A stretch of 64,000 nucleotides of DNA from Trichoplax sp. H2 (lineage: Eukaryota): positions 558,001 to 622,000 of the forward strand of contig NOWV01000021.1 of assembly GCA_003344405.1 (NCBI GenBank), given 5' to 3'. This document shows positions 36,537-49,086 of this stretch, in pieces. Position 1 is the first letter of the stretch, and each line of letters starts with the position of its first letter. Below the pieces are notes generated by a model. That model did not search any database. It worked only from the letters and a program-made list of their open reading frames with translations, and was not told where the DNA came from. Made by a program: the position numbers and the translations under genes.

Positions 36537-37590
36537 GCCTAGGATAAGTTGAAATACTTGGAAGTACAGTATTTAAAAGTCTACATTGCAGTAATGGCTT
36601 TTGAAGCTTTTATATTGCTTAAATTTTATACATTTGTAAATAGTTGATTGCAAAGTAAAACTATCGTAGAATTTTATTACATAATAATTGTTAGAAATTT
36701 TATTACAAATCGGTCATCACTTGTTACTATTAATAAATTGAAAGTGATTAATATTGTAATATAAAAGTTATTATGAATACTAATATCATGCAACTATCGA
36801 AATCACGATGCTACTGTATTAACATTGGACCATTAATCTGTTTATGCATTTTATGTCTTGTTGACATGTTATTGTTACATGAAAAGTTATCGAACCGCAT
36901 TTTTGAATAAATTTAGCATTTGGAGATCAACGCTTTTCAAGCGAATAAACAGCATAAACTGACTCTACAAGGTGTTTACAACAGAATGATAGTAGTTTAT
37001 ACTCCTGGAATACGACATGAAAATAATGCTAGAATAAATATAGCTATCACGATAGAGTATCTTTGTATGAATATAGCAATACTATTTTCGCTAGAAATCA
37101 TAAACATTGATAACAATTAACAATTAATTAATATTGTAAGATAGCTTCATGGACAGGGATCATCAACTGGAGCATACCATCTATAGGAAGGATGCTGGGC
37201 CAATCAGAATAACTTCTAGTACTCTTTATCATTATAAATTTGAATATCGTATTCCGATAATTCGGCCATAGTTGAATCTTTCTAACCAAGTTTAAATTTT
37301 TATATGTATTACTTGATTCCATTAACATGCCCTATAATTGCATGGTAATGTAAAATTACAATAGTATACCCATACATACAATGACTGATTGGACTTTCTA
37401 AATCACAGATTGAGCCAATAATTTAAAATTTGGATTGACAAAGCTGGTTGATTCTATCCAGTTTCATAGGCATAAACATTAATAAGATCCTGTTTTGATA
37501 TTACAAGTGAACCATTTTATGAATAAAATTGCCTTCAGAGGTTGACCAAAAGGCATGACTAGTCAATTTAACAAGCCTTGAAGATTTCAC

Positions 37591-38208
37591 TCAAGTGGCA
37601 AATCTTTGTGTCCATTGCCTAGCTATCTCATCGTGCCTGCTTTTATCTTGGAAGTAAAGGAGTGCAATATTATCGACTAATGGTTTGCTTGGAATAGAAT
37701 TCTTTAATAGGTTACAAATTGATTGTAAAATTTGACTAATAGTTGTTGTTGGGCTCCAGTTTTCATTCAATAGATCCAAGCAAATTGCCCCTTTGGAATT
37801 GATATTACAGTGATAAACACGTGTACGAAATGTTACAGTAGGTGGCTTAAATGGATAATCATTGGTAAATTCCAACTCTAAGAAGAAGACACCACCTTGG
37901 TAAACTGATCCAGCTGGGCCTAATATCGTAGCAACCCATTGATAGATATTATCACCTTTAGGGCCAGCAGAACAGTTAGCTGGTGGATGTAGAGTTAGCT
38001 CTGTCAGTTCGAGTTGTAGGCGACGAACACTAGCACCCATGCCATTAATTTTACTATGCCATTTCGAAGATTTGGTCTCTACAGGTGATGAATAACGATT
38101 TCTTAAGGATTGTTTCTGATCTGTTTCAGCATAAGGATCTTGATTTGGATCTTGTTGATCTTCATCCATTTCGGTAAGATGCGTTAACGTGCTGCTTTCT
38201 TCTAGCAT
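37591..38208 (-). CDS. UBE2E: UBE2E-family ubiquitin-conjugating enzyme, divergent, intronless CDS
   Basis: N-terminal extension plus [29 protein letters not shown], the UBE2E-typical HCN motif (YHCNINS), catalytic ICLD and a WTQRFAT end. Confidence 0.9.
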   Translation of the reverse strand: MLEESSTLTHLTEMDEDQQDPNQDPYAETDQKQSLRNRYSSPVETKSSKWHSKINGMGASVRRLQLELTELTLHPPANCSAGPKGDNIYQWVATILGPAGSVYQGGVFFLELEFTNDYPFKPPTVTFRTRVYHCNINSKGAICLDLLNENWSPTTTISQILQSICNLLKNSIPSKPLVDNIALLYFQDKSRHDEIARQWTQRFAT

Positions 38209-39060
38209 ATTGTCTCACTTTTTTTTCATTGTATGGCTAATTTTCCTTCATGTTACTGCTACTCTTGCTATAGAGTAGTTGCCATATTTGGTAGACTTGT
38301 ATTGCCAAATTATAATATTAAAATTGATCGAATAGAAGAATATGCGAGCAAAATGAATCAATTTACTGTAGTAAAATGGAGCAAAGATGATATAGACGAG
38401 TTGTTGGTAATCGAGTAGTGGCCACCTACAGTGAATCGTCCAACTTCTGTACACTTCCATATACTGTTTAGTATAAGCTTTGGACTACTGCATGCGCACA
38501 GGATAATAAGAAACTGCTGTACCTTAAGTACAGTATATTACTGTATAGTTTAGCGGTTGAATAACAAATTGCTCAGGGCCCAAACATGCTTAAAATTACT
38601 ACCAAACTGTATTGTGAAAGGATTGAATCAAGAAGTTCTGTATGACAATTCGTGATTATCTTATGAGCTCAAGTTTTCCTCTTGAACTCTGTATTTAATC
38701 GATAATTTGCGTATTCAAATAAATCGATAGGTATGATAGAAGTGACTGTTGACTACTAAGCTCCCTAACTTGTTTCTCTTTATACAATCAGTACTGCACG
38801 ATTGCAGTATTTGGTCAGTTGGCTACCAGACCGTGTAGCCCAGCTGTCCACACTGCAATCCCATGCATAAAAATCAGTATTGATTTCATTTTTAGATTGC
38901 AAAGTAAGGTGCAGAATGTAAGATATTCAACTATGAACGGATAGAAATCATCCATGGGCAGCCATATTACAGTATAAAGATTTCAGATGAAATATGGAGT
39001 ATGCCACAGTTATGGCTGCCATGGCTTAGGCATGCGCAAAGCATACCATTTTGCTTACCA

Positions 39061-39074
39061 GTTGCCTAGACAAC
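39061..39074. promoter_or_regulatory. RFX X-box upstream of LRRC73
   Basis: GTTGCC-TA-GACAAC, ~360 bp upstream of ATG 39434; an NRF1-like GCATGCGCA lies at 39030. Confidence 0.7.
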
Positions 39075-39433
39075 ATCGACAGTATTGATGGCTATCGAGT
39101 AAGTTACGATTGATCACTGAGGTTTAGTGCTAAAATAGAAAGTATTCGTAGACATTCTACTATAATTACTTTAAGCATAGCCGTTACATTGTAAAGGTTA
39201 AGTTATAAGATTTATCCCACTTGAATTCGGATACTTTTTACTTGTACTTTAGTCGAAATCCCATCTAATCTTTTTGCGCTCTCATATCTAGTTGTAGTGA
39301 AATCATAAGTCGTTGAATATTATTGTGTACCGATATAACCACCGTTGTGGCAGTTCTCACTTTTACGTTGGCTAAATATTATTAGTGATCGCAATAAAGC
39401 CCCAAGGAAGTGGTTTTATATAATCATTCTACT

Positions 39434-41728
39434 ATGATGTTAGGCTCAATTCAAATAACCAGAGAAAATCTTACCGGCATAGATGTAGCTGAGATAGCTA
39501 TATCGCTACGTAAAAATGAAGTTACTTTACTCCTTTTACGTGAATGTACTGTAACGGATGCGGATTTCGAAAAATTGGCTAATGCTCTTGCTCAATGCAA
39601 ATCTATCGTACAACTAACTCTCAATATTGGAATTGTATCCAACATTCAACGTATTGCCATCCTGGCTAAAGTCCTGCAACTAAATAAATCTCTTCGACGT
39701 TTGCAGTAAGTTAATAGAGCTTATATTTAACAGATAAAAGTAGTAAATTCTATTATGGTAAACGATAGCTATTATAATGATGGACTAATACTAATAGAAT
39801 ATAGTAATCAGATTTACTTTATATACCATGCATGTTATATAAAGTCTTTGATGCATCAAATTAAAGTAGCTTCTTTATCGGTAGTAGTTAAGTTTTTAAA
39901 TTTTTCCGGATAAGTTATATCAATGATATATTATAACATTGATAGTTAATGCTACTTGTATACTTCTTTCTTATATAAATATGAGCATGCTATTGTATCA
40001 AATATCGCATTATTGGATAGCAAACGTGCAAGTAAATTATTACTTTAAGAAAATGAATGCTAATTGCTATTTACATAAATATTAGCCTACATGGTTCTCC
40101 CCTTGGCAATGATGGTTTAGCTTGTTTAATGCCAGGCCTACTAATACATCCAACTTTAACTGATTTTGATGCTGGAGATTGTCAGCTTGGAGATGATGCT
40201 ATTCGGGATATTGCTACGTTGATAATTGAAAAGGAAAAAAGAAAGCATCCTATAACTGTTCTTACTCTCAGCGCAAATCAAGGTACCCTAATGATTAAAA
40301 GTTTGCCTAAACAGTAACATATATACGTATGTCATCATTTTTTCCCCTTCATATCTTCTACGCTAAATACAGATATCTGACAGAAAAGATTACATGCTTT
40401 AATATTTCTTCACATCGTTTTTGAAATTATATATTATTTTTATACACTTAGATGTTACTGCCAAAGGATGGACTAGTCTGATTGCAGCTGTAGCAACTGC
40501 TAGATATCTCCGAAGTCTTCACATAGATTATACACGACTAGGAGATTATGGGGCCGGTATCATCGCTGTAATGTTAGCTTCTAATCGTTCATTAAGACAG
40601 CTAGACATTGAAGACACTGGCATAACAGATAATGGAGCTGAACTTATGCTACATTCACTTTATTCTTTTCCAACATCGATCTCAAACTTTATTCTGGATG
40701 AGAATGATATACATGAGGAGATACTTAGTGAGATTGATAGCTGTTTAAATCATGATCACGAAGACGAAAATATAGATGATAACGACAGTGCTGAAAATAA
40801 TAAAGATGACGATGAAAGTTCTTCTGATGAACACAAGATGACATCTGTTAGCCTTAGAACGGCTGTTAGGTTTGCTCATCAAAAAAATGAAAGTGAAAGC
40901 GATGAAGAATCGAATACAGGCCGTGGTTACAATGATACCTTCCCTAGCTTTATTCAATCAAAGCAAATGTCTGAATCAGATGAAGATGATCGGAAAAGAA
41001 TTGCATCAAAGTTACGATTAATTCAGAAAGATGGTACTCAAGAAGGAGATTATTTCGATGGAAGGAAGCCTACTTCCTCTAGAACTGAAAATAACGGGCG
41101 CAAAGATAGACATAAACACTCAAATCTGCCAAGAAAGATGTCATCAGACAGTGGTAGTAGTGGCGACAATGATAACAGTAAGAGAGTAGAAGTTCAGGTG
41201 CACTACGATACTAAGAAAATCTCGCATCATGATCAAGATCAACCTATGTCTAAAAAACACAATGTTAAACATCGCATTGATGATAGCGATAAAGAAAGTG
41301 ATAAAAATTCAACTTCAAGGATACAAAATAATATTTTAAATGAAGAAATTGAGCATAATCAAAATTCTAACTCCAGTGATAATCAAGACCAATGGAAAGA
41401 AAGTGTTTCTACCGACAAGTCGAATTCTCGTAAACATGGCATTAATCAAGAAGTACAAAGCAGCGATGATAATGAAGAGAATGACCATCATGAACGTGAC
41501 GTAAAAGATAATGATAAAGTAGATAAAACAAATATTCAGTACGAAAGTGACGATAGTAGTAGTAGTAGTAGTAGAAGGAATAAGGCTGATGATAAGAAAA
41601 ATGAGGTAGCAAGAAGTCGGAACGTGGTGAAAGGAGTAGAAATTAATAGCGATGAAGATGATGATGCCGATAATGATATAGTGCAAAGTAGTGTTAAATC
41701 TAAAGCTACTAAGGAAGTAGTAAACTAA
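39434..41728 (+). CDS. LRRC73: LRRC73 with long acidic low-complexity C-terminal tail; exons 39434-39705, 40086-40282, 40452-41728
   Basis: MMLGSIQITRE.., QLTLNIGIVS, LHGSPLGNDGL..LLIHPTL..DAGDCQLGDDAI, LTLSANQDVTAKGW and LHIDYTRLGD match remembered human LRRC73 colinearly. Confidence 0.9.
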
Positions 41729-42598
41729 GCTAATTATATTAGGGCAATAGCTTAAACAATATCATTCTCAATCGTCTAACTTTCTACACATTTCCCATGC
41801 AATAATTGAATCTTAGACTATATTTCATGTTTGTAAATTAGTATTTATAAATTATTGATACCGCGTGAATGTTATTACCATAAAAGGCATACACATATTA
41901 TCATAGATTTATAATCTTAAATAAATACTGTATATAATATTCAATTCTATCTTACATGTATATCACTATTATTTCAGATTCCAAGAAATATTTTATTAAA
42001 GCTTACTAGTATCGTTTTATTCCATTTACAATTTAACTTTAAATTATCTATAGTACTTTAGAGGATAAATATGTAATAGCTAATGTAATTTCACGATGAA
42101 ATGACGATTTGTGATTATGAATGAAAATCAAAGTAAGAAATAAATAATACTATCGTATTTGAATAGCTGACGTTAATAAATACGGCAAAATTTATTATTC
42201 TTCACTTCCTTACAAACTTTTCCGGTACATGAAAATTTGATCAATACATCAAATTGGCTAATTATTCATTATCTTTTAGCTTATTTAACTAGATACTTAG
42301 ATTACTACGTGTATAATTACATTTAAAGAACTACATAACTATACCTTGAAGTTTGAACTAATTAAATGTAAGCTACGTCTATGCTTTCATTAATTGCAGA
42401 AACAGTACGTGCAATGAAGGATTTCAAATATCTGATAATTAACTCCTTATAATACTGTACTTAGGAAGAGTATTGGATAATAGACGTTGACGCTTTCGTA
42501 ACTTAAATTTTTAAACATCGTAAATTACTTGTAAGATCGAGCGTCGTTAAAATACTAAATAGATCCATATAACAACTTAAAAAATTAAGCTAATGTTC

Positions 42599-44606
42599 TT
42601 AGTAGGTATATTTTAACTTTCTTGGTCTCATAAATTCACGTGCGATATCATCCGTAATTTGTGACCGCTTCTCTTGATGAGTTTTTACAATTCCTTGCAA
42701 TATTTGAATTAAACGCTTTTTTAATTCTCCTGAAAGCATCTCACCAGATGAATATTCCTAATACATTAAACAGAATAGTAAGCTTAAATTTTAAACAGGT
42801 CTTAAACACACAAAATTTTGATAAAATAATAACGTTTTAGTTTACTACTTTTAATTCGCTTAGAAGTACCTTTTCAATTTTTGCTAATTCGTCGTCATCT
42901 TCTAAGAAAAATTTTAAAAATTGATATGAAATATCAACTGAACAATCTCCTCCATATTTTCTATGCTCTTCGATCGTATCTCGGCCACCGGAATATGCAT
43001 ACTTATTTATCTATGCATAGGTAAAATAATTATTGATCAGTTCGCAAGCTAGACACTTACTTTTATGGCTATGACTTCATATCATATTAAAGTATGCATG
43101 AAAATAAGTTGATACTCACCTTCTTTTTGATCATGTTCGGAGTATCAGAAAGATAGATTGAAGAGTTTAGGTCACTAGCGCTCATTTTGGTCTGAGCGCC
43201 TTGCAGCGCTGGTAAGAACTGTGAATGAATTAGAGCAGGTTTTACAAATCCTAGTCTAGGAGCAACGTCTCGAGTCATGCGGAAGTATGGATCCTAAAAA
43301 TTGAATTAAATCAGTAATTAGTCTATAGATTGATAGGAGGTAAGGATAAAAGTTTACTAAAAGTAATTTAGACCTGATCAATTGCGCATGGGATTAAACA
43401 CTTTACATTCTTTGCATTTCCAAAGATTTGTGGAAATGATGCAGAAAATGAAGGTGCAGCTTGAATCGCAGGAAATGAAATCTTGCCTAACAGAGTAGGA
43501 AGAAAATTTGTTGCTTCCAATACCGATATAGTATACTGTATATATATAATTTAATTTTATTACCGATGTTATCTGACTCTCCAAATCCAAAAATTCCTTT
43601 AACCTGGTTGAATGTAATGCATTTCCGTACTTTCAAAACGGTTCTGTTAAAAGCCCGGCTTTGTCTACGAAGGTACAAATGAATTGCTATCAATAATAAT
43701 ATGATTAGTTACTAGCCTAGTTGTCAACATTAAGATGATATAGGCCTAACTCTTACGCCATTATGTCAAGATCAGAAAATATAAAAGTCTTCTCAATATC
43801 GAATCCACAAGCCAGGATATCTTTAATGTTGCTGATTGTTATTTTTTCTAATTCATCTAGTGATATATCTCTCCACAGAAACTTTTCGTCGTCAGTCATT
43901 TGTACAATTAAGGGAACATCAAAAGCTTCTTGTAACCACCTAAAGATAACAGTGAATACTTCTGTATTAATTTTATATGATTATCTTAATGAGAAGCCAC
44001 AATAATTTACTTTGTAAATAGAAAGGGAATTAAGTGGCCAATATGGAGAGCTCCAGATGATGGTCCACGTCCAGTATATAGATAGAAAGGCTTTTTATTT
44101 TCATGTAATGTTAAAATTTGATCTAATTCCCTGTGATAATACGTAATACGTTATTATTAAAGGATATTAGATATCGACCATAAATTGAATTATTTATACC
44201 TATGAGAGAAAAATAGGCCACGGCGTAAGAATACGTGAGATTTACGTCCAGTTACGCGCTCAAATCGTTCTATTAAAGCGCTGTCAATCTTATTAGAACC
44301 AAATTCCGCTGATATACAACAAATAAATTATAAAAATAATATGAATTTTCATTGAGCCTAATTTGTAGCACTACAGTATATCGATGAAGCGAGTTATAAT
44401 CAATATATTTTCGTAAAATAGCTACATCGACGAACTTACTCCACATGTTGCATTGTGCAATACATGTCATCTAGGAATTTCTTACCGATCAGTTTATCGT
44501 AATTTACAGCTTTGGAAGCCGATACAGTCCATGGATCAATACGTTGAGTTTCAGTATCTTCATCAATTTGAACATCGCCTAGCTTGGCTGTCGCATCTTC
44601 AGCCAT
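42599..44606 (-). CDS. WARS1: Cytoplasmic tryptophanyl-tRNA synthetase (no WHEP domain)
   Basis: [60 protein letters not shown] and KMSAS. ATG 44606 is preceded by an in-frame stop; TAA at 42601-42599. Confidence 0.97.
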
Positions 44607-45741
44607 TTTGAATTAATCCTTTGAGTAAGAACAACTAGGTTTAAGATTTGCTTATAAGTAAAATTAATCAAACCGCTCAATGATGCTTGTATTTATTTAT
44701 TTACAGTAAGAATTAGCAATTCAGTACTTGAGTGATGACTTGATTACTACAGAGCCAAGAGTTTAGAAGACGTGTAGCATCACTCTTTACGCACTATTTT
44801 ATTATTGCATCATCAATTGCTACTATTTACAGCTGCGTATAAATATAGCAAGGTAGAGTTATATAGGTCTAACATATACTGTACAGAGCAAGAATAATGA
44901 TGATCTTACTTTCCATTCAATTTTAACACCTGTAGTAATCATTTCTAGAATCCTTTTATAGTGTAGCTCGAATTAATTTGATAAAAATAAGGATTGAATG
45001 AACCAAGTTAATAAAACGATTGATGACAGTTTCCAGGTACGCCTAACTTGTCCTACTCTAGTGTATTCGATATTGCTGAGACTGTTGATTTAAGCTTAGT
45101 ATAGATACTTCACAATACCGTCCTAACGGTGCTACAACATTGCCACTAAAATCTTGCATCTAGCAATACATTTCAATCCAATTTCGATTATTGGCTAACT
45201 TTAACATATCTTACTTTATCATTGTAATAAATACGATTTCTCCCTTACCTTTCCTACTTTCCTTTGCTTTTAAATTCAATCTCAATGCTGTAATTCTACC
45301 TGCCCACAGAAGCACACTGGGGTAGTCGTTGCGTCTTTGGTGACACAGGATACCGTATCGTATCGCAGTCGCGTTGATTTCGTATCCGGTACTGGTGCCG
45401 ATACGGTACTGTGCTGTAGTGTTCTTCCGATCCCCGTGTGAACTGAGCATGCTCTATCCTTGTACCGTATCGCAATAGTAAAAATTTGTAGACAACAAAT
45501 AATTGTATTTTGTATAAGTTGTTAGGTGCTATATCGTATAGTAAATTATGATTAGTCCGTCCATCTTGCGGAATACTGTACAGTGTACAGTACTTGGCTA
45601 AAAAGAGAGAAAGGGAGAGACTCAAGTTACTACAGTAGTGTACAGTACTGAGTACTGTAGGTCCGTAATAACTGAGCATGACAGATGACCAAGTTATACG
45701 CATGCGCTAAATTTTATGTGGTAGCATAGAATAGCGATGTT

Positions 45742-45755
45742 ATCTCCATAGTAAC
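45742..45755. promoter_or_regulatory. RFX X-box upstream of RSPH9
   Basis: ATCTCC-AT-AGTAAC, ~125 bp before the ATG; an NRF1-like ACGCATGCGC lies at 45698-45707. Confidence 0.65.
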
Positions 45756-45878
45756 CGAATAAACTACCTTACTACAGTAGTTCCATATCGCATCGAGAGA
45801 GTAGAGCAAAACTACGCCAAGCAATTAAAGCGATTTATTTTATCACTACCTAAACAGTAACATTGGCAGAAGAAAAAT

Positions 45879-47304
45879 ATGGATTCAGCAACTTTACATT
45901 TAGATATTGACTATGTTGGATCGAGTGGGATTCTATTAAGCACCGAGCAAAAGACAGCTTTGCAAAACTCACTCTTAATCCTCAAGCATCAAAATAAGTT
46001 TAAGAAAGTTGTCTTTTGGGGTAAGATAACTGGTTGCAGTAAAGATTATTTTGTTGCACAAGGAGTTGGCAATGATGAAATGAAAGATAAAAAGACGTTT
46101 TATAGGTGAGTTAAAATATCTTACTTTCTTACGTCGCGAAAGAAATTGTTGTATACTGTAACCCGATAACCAAAGAAGGATACTGTTACGCTTATTGGTT
46201 TATTATCGATTACTGAATGAGATTATTTTAACTGTCGTTATCATTATTTTGTAATAGCAAATCATCTAAGTCGATTATAGTTATACATAAAATAAGTAAG
46301 TTTTATCCAATTACCTGTATATCTTAGTTTGGACTGCTCTAAGTGGGCTCTATTACCGATTGCAACCGATGAATTGAAGATACTATGCTCCAGAATCAAA
46401 GGTCGATTTGCTGGAGATCCATCCTATGAATATGAACACGTCGAAATAAGGAAAGTTCCTGGCGAGAATGGTGAAGAAAATGAAGAAGAAACAACAGTAA
46501 GAATAACTCATATAAAATCTTGTTGGTTTAATATATAACAAGCTCTAAATATAAAGTCTGATTTCGATAAGCTAGCTAATAAAAAAATTAACACTACAGA
46601 TCGCTATTAGAGAAGAAGAAAGACTGGCAGTAACGATCGATGCAATCGATCGTGATGTTAAAATAGTTCCAAGGGGGGCTTATGTTAAGCTTCCAACTGG
46701 TGAAATTCAGTCGAATCCTAGTTTTGAAGGTAAGACTGCAAAATAAATCAAACTATCAAAAAAACAAAATATTAAAGTTTATTCTATGTTAACTATTTTC
46801 ATCAGGTCTTTCAACTTCAAATGCGGCTAAGTTGACATCATATTTTCATTTCGATAAATCTGCCAGCTTAAACAAGAGAAACTTAATGCAAAAGGTTAAT
46901 AGTTTTAAATAGATGTTTTAGATTAATGTTTTCATAACCCCATGATTTAATTTTATTCTTGATTAAAAATATTCTAGGCTTCTTTCGATAAATCATTGGA
47001 CTTTCTTGGCGATATATCAGAAGATGTTCCCAAAGGTCAGCAAAATGGCAGCTCACTGAGCTTATGATTGAGAGAAAATTACCATTTTATAATTGTAATT
47101 CTATCAAATAATAAAATTTAATGTTCTTATTTGTAATAATTAGGTTCATGGAGTGTTCAGTTTGAACGTGGAGATGCTGTAGTAACAATTCGAAGTTTAT
47201 TATGGATTGGTTATGTATTCTATCACATACCTGATACTCGCTCATATGGACATGTTTATGTCGGAAATGGAGAGATAAACTTGGATCTTTCATTTATGCT
47301 TTAA
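45879..47304 (+). CDS. RSPH9: Radial spoke head protein 9, 6 exons
   Basis: LSTEQKTALQNSLLILK..FWGKITGCSKDYFVAQG, IKGRFAGDPSYEYE, REEERLAVTIDAID..IVPRGAY, SFEGLS, EDVPKGSWSVQFERG..RSLLWIG and YVGNGEINLDLSFML*. Confidence 0.97.
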
Positions 47305-48291
47305 CGTATCAAGTCAGCTCGAGTAGTGATGGATACTTTGGTTTTTAAACAAATTATTGTAAATTCAAGATGATGACTGTATTCGTATTAATATTGCAGT
47401 AAAGGCTATATTAAGGCGCCAGCTCTAACCTACTGATTTACTATACTTTATGGCAAATTAACCTTAATCTCTGGTGAAATATCTGAAGTGTAATATTTAG
47501 AAACGATTATTGCTTTGTATGTACCGTTTAAAAATGTGAAAAGCAAAATCTTTCTATCTTAGTTCATATGATGGAAGTGGCTTTACTGTCGAATTTCTGA
47601 TACTATTTGCTAATATAAATGTTTTCCTTTCTGTATTTATACATATTAATGTAAACGATAAATAAATACGTGTAGTATTATTGAGATCTTCAAGCAGTAA
47701 TTGTATTGTAGTATTATTATATCTTCTCAGAGGTATTTATAGCATAAAAATACAAATCATAAATTGAGCGATAGGATAAATGTTTAATTAATTGGCTCAT
47801 GTAATCATTTAACGATTAAATGAAATCAACATGAAACTACATTCATCGAGCTCTATGCTTAAAAATCTATTCTGGTAATCTAACTACGAATAGAATTAAA
47901 AATAACTTTAAAGATTTGTTCGATTACTTATCGATTAATCAATTATACAAGAAATAATAGCTTATTAATTCATAAACTTTTGTAGTGTTATTCACTAGAG
48001 TTGCTTGCAAAATTTATTTTCTTCCCACATACAACATTTGCAGCTTATGGATATTAATCGTGTGCATTAATAGGGGTAGATTATTAGTTCTGTAAGAATT
48101 TCAACACGATATAAATATTATTATCACGTAAAATTTAGATCAGGTAATGGTGTCCAATTTTAGTGTTATCATTTTATTGTCAATATGGGTATTTAATGTA
48201 GATCCGTCAAGAAAGTATTATTATCGCTCGTAAATCACTACAGATGATTAGAGTCATGATAAAGTACGATTAATACGAATCTCATGACTTA

Positions 48292-48305
48292 GTTGCTATG
48301 GCAAC
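48292..48305. promoter_or_regulatory. Near-perfect palindromic RFX X-box
   Basis: GTTGCT-AT-GGCAAC, 270 bp upstream of ATG 48576. Confidence 0.8.
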
Positions 48306-48575
48306 TACACACTCTATCAACTAGTAGCATAACGTAACTTATAAACGCTGCTTATCATTGGCCTTTCTTTCTAAATAGAATTAGATAGATTTGCAAAAAT
48401 AAAATAGTCGCGATATAACTTCACCCAACGACCCAGTAGACATTTCTTTACGTAAATACGTATTTTAATGCCTCAAAGCAGCAGCAGATTAATAAACTAA
48501 TGAGGTAGCTTAAATATTCCTAAAATAAAGACTAAGATACTTCTTATACATAACGGTAATACTATTCAATTACAT

Positions 48576-49086
48576 ATGGAAAATGAAGTAGTGTGGGTTT
48601 CAAATAAAAGTACTACAGATAGTACCTTTACAACTATTCCAGTTCCAAAGTATAAAATTATTAAAGAACCAGTAGATGTTAACCAAGTACCAGATTATTG
48701 GGTGCCTCCATTAGTAGAAGATATGCCAATATCCGAAGCTACAATTAACAAAAATGAAAAAATCAATCCATCGGAGGCATCAACAAGATGCGAAGAATGG
48801 TCTACATTACGACAAATGAAACCGTCTACGACTAGATTATCAAAAGTAGCTTCCTCAAGTTGGGGCTGCACACCGCCAAATATTCCTGCAAAGGAGGAAA
48901 AGACCCCTGAAAGACACCCAAAAATAAATAGCTCCATGACAAGGTAATATTAAGTTGTCAGCAGTGTTGCTAACTTTTTATCAATAGGCGTTTTTAATAT
49001 CATCATTAAAATTTAACAATTTTCTATTATTCTATAGATATATTGACGAAATGCACTCTTCTAACCCACTATTTAAGTTACATTAA
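48576..49086 (+). CDS. Uncharacterised 138-aa protein; exons 48576-48943 and 49038-49086
   Basis: The 123-aa ORF reaches AG|GTAATA, and a phase-2 TAG acceptor continues RYIDEMHSSNPLFKLH*. The protein is Pro-rich with no TM segment or signal peptide. Confidence 0.75.

Noticed and set aside
40745..41686. Hydrophobic minus-strand ORFs (70 and 116 aa) resembling membrane proteins
   Set aside because: Antisense of the GAT/GAA/AAT-rich LRRC73 tail, which automatically reads as Ile/Phe.
45211..45703. Minus-strand ORFs as an N-terminal extension of WARS
   Set aside because: An in-frame stop lies just upstream of ATG 44606; the region is promoter or 5'UTR (possible UTR donor near 45248).
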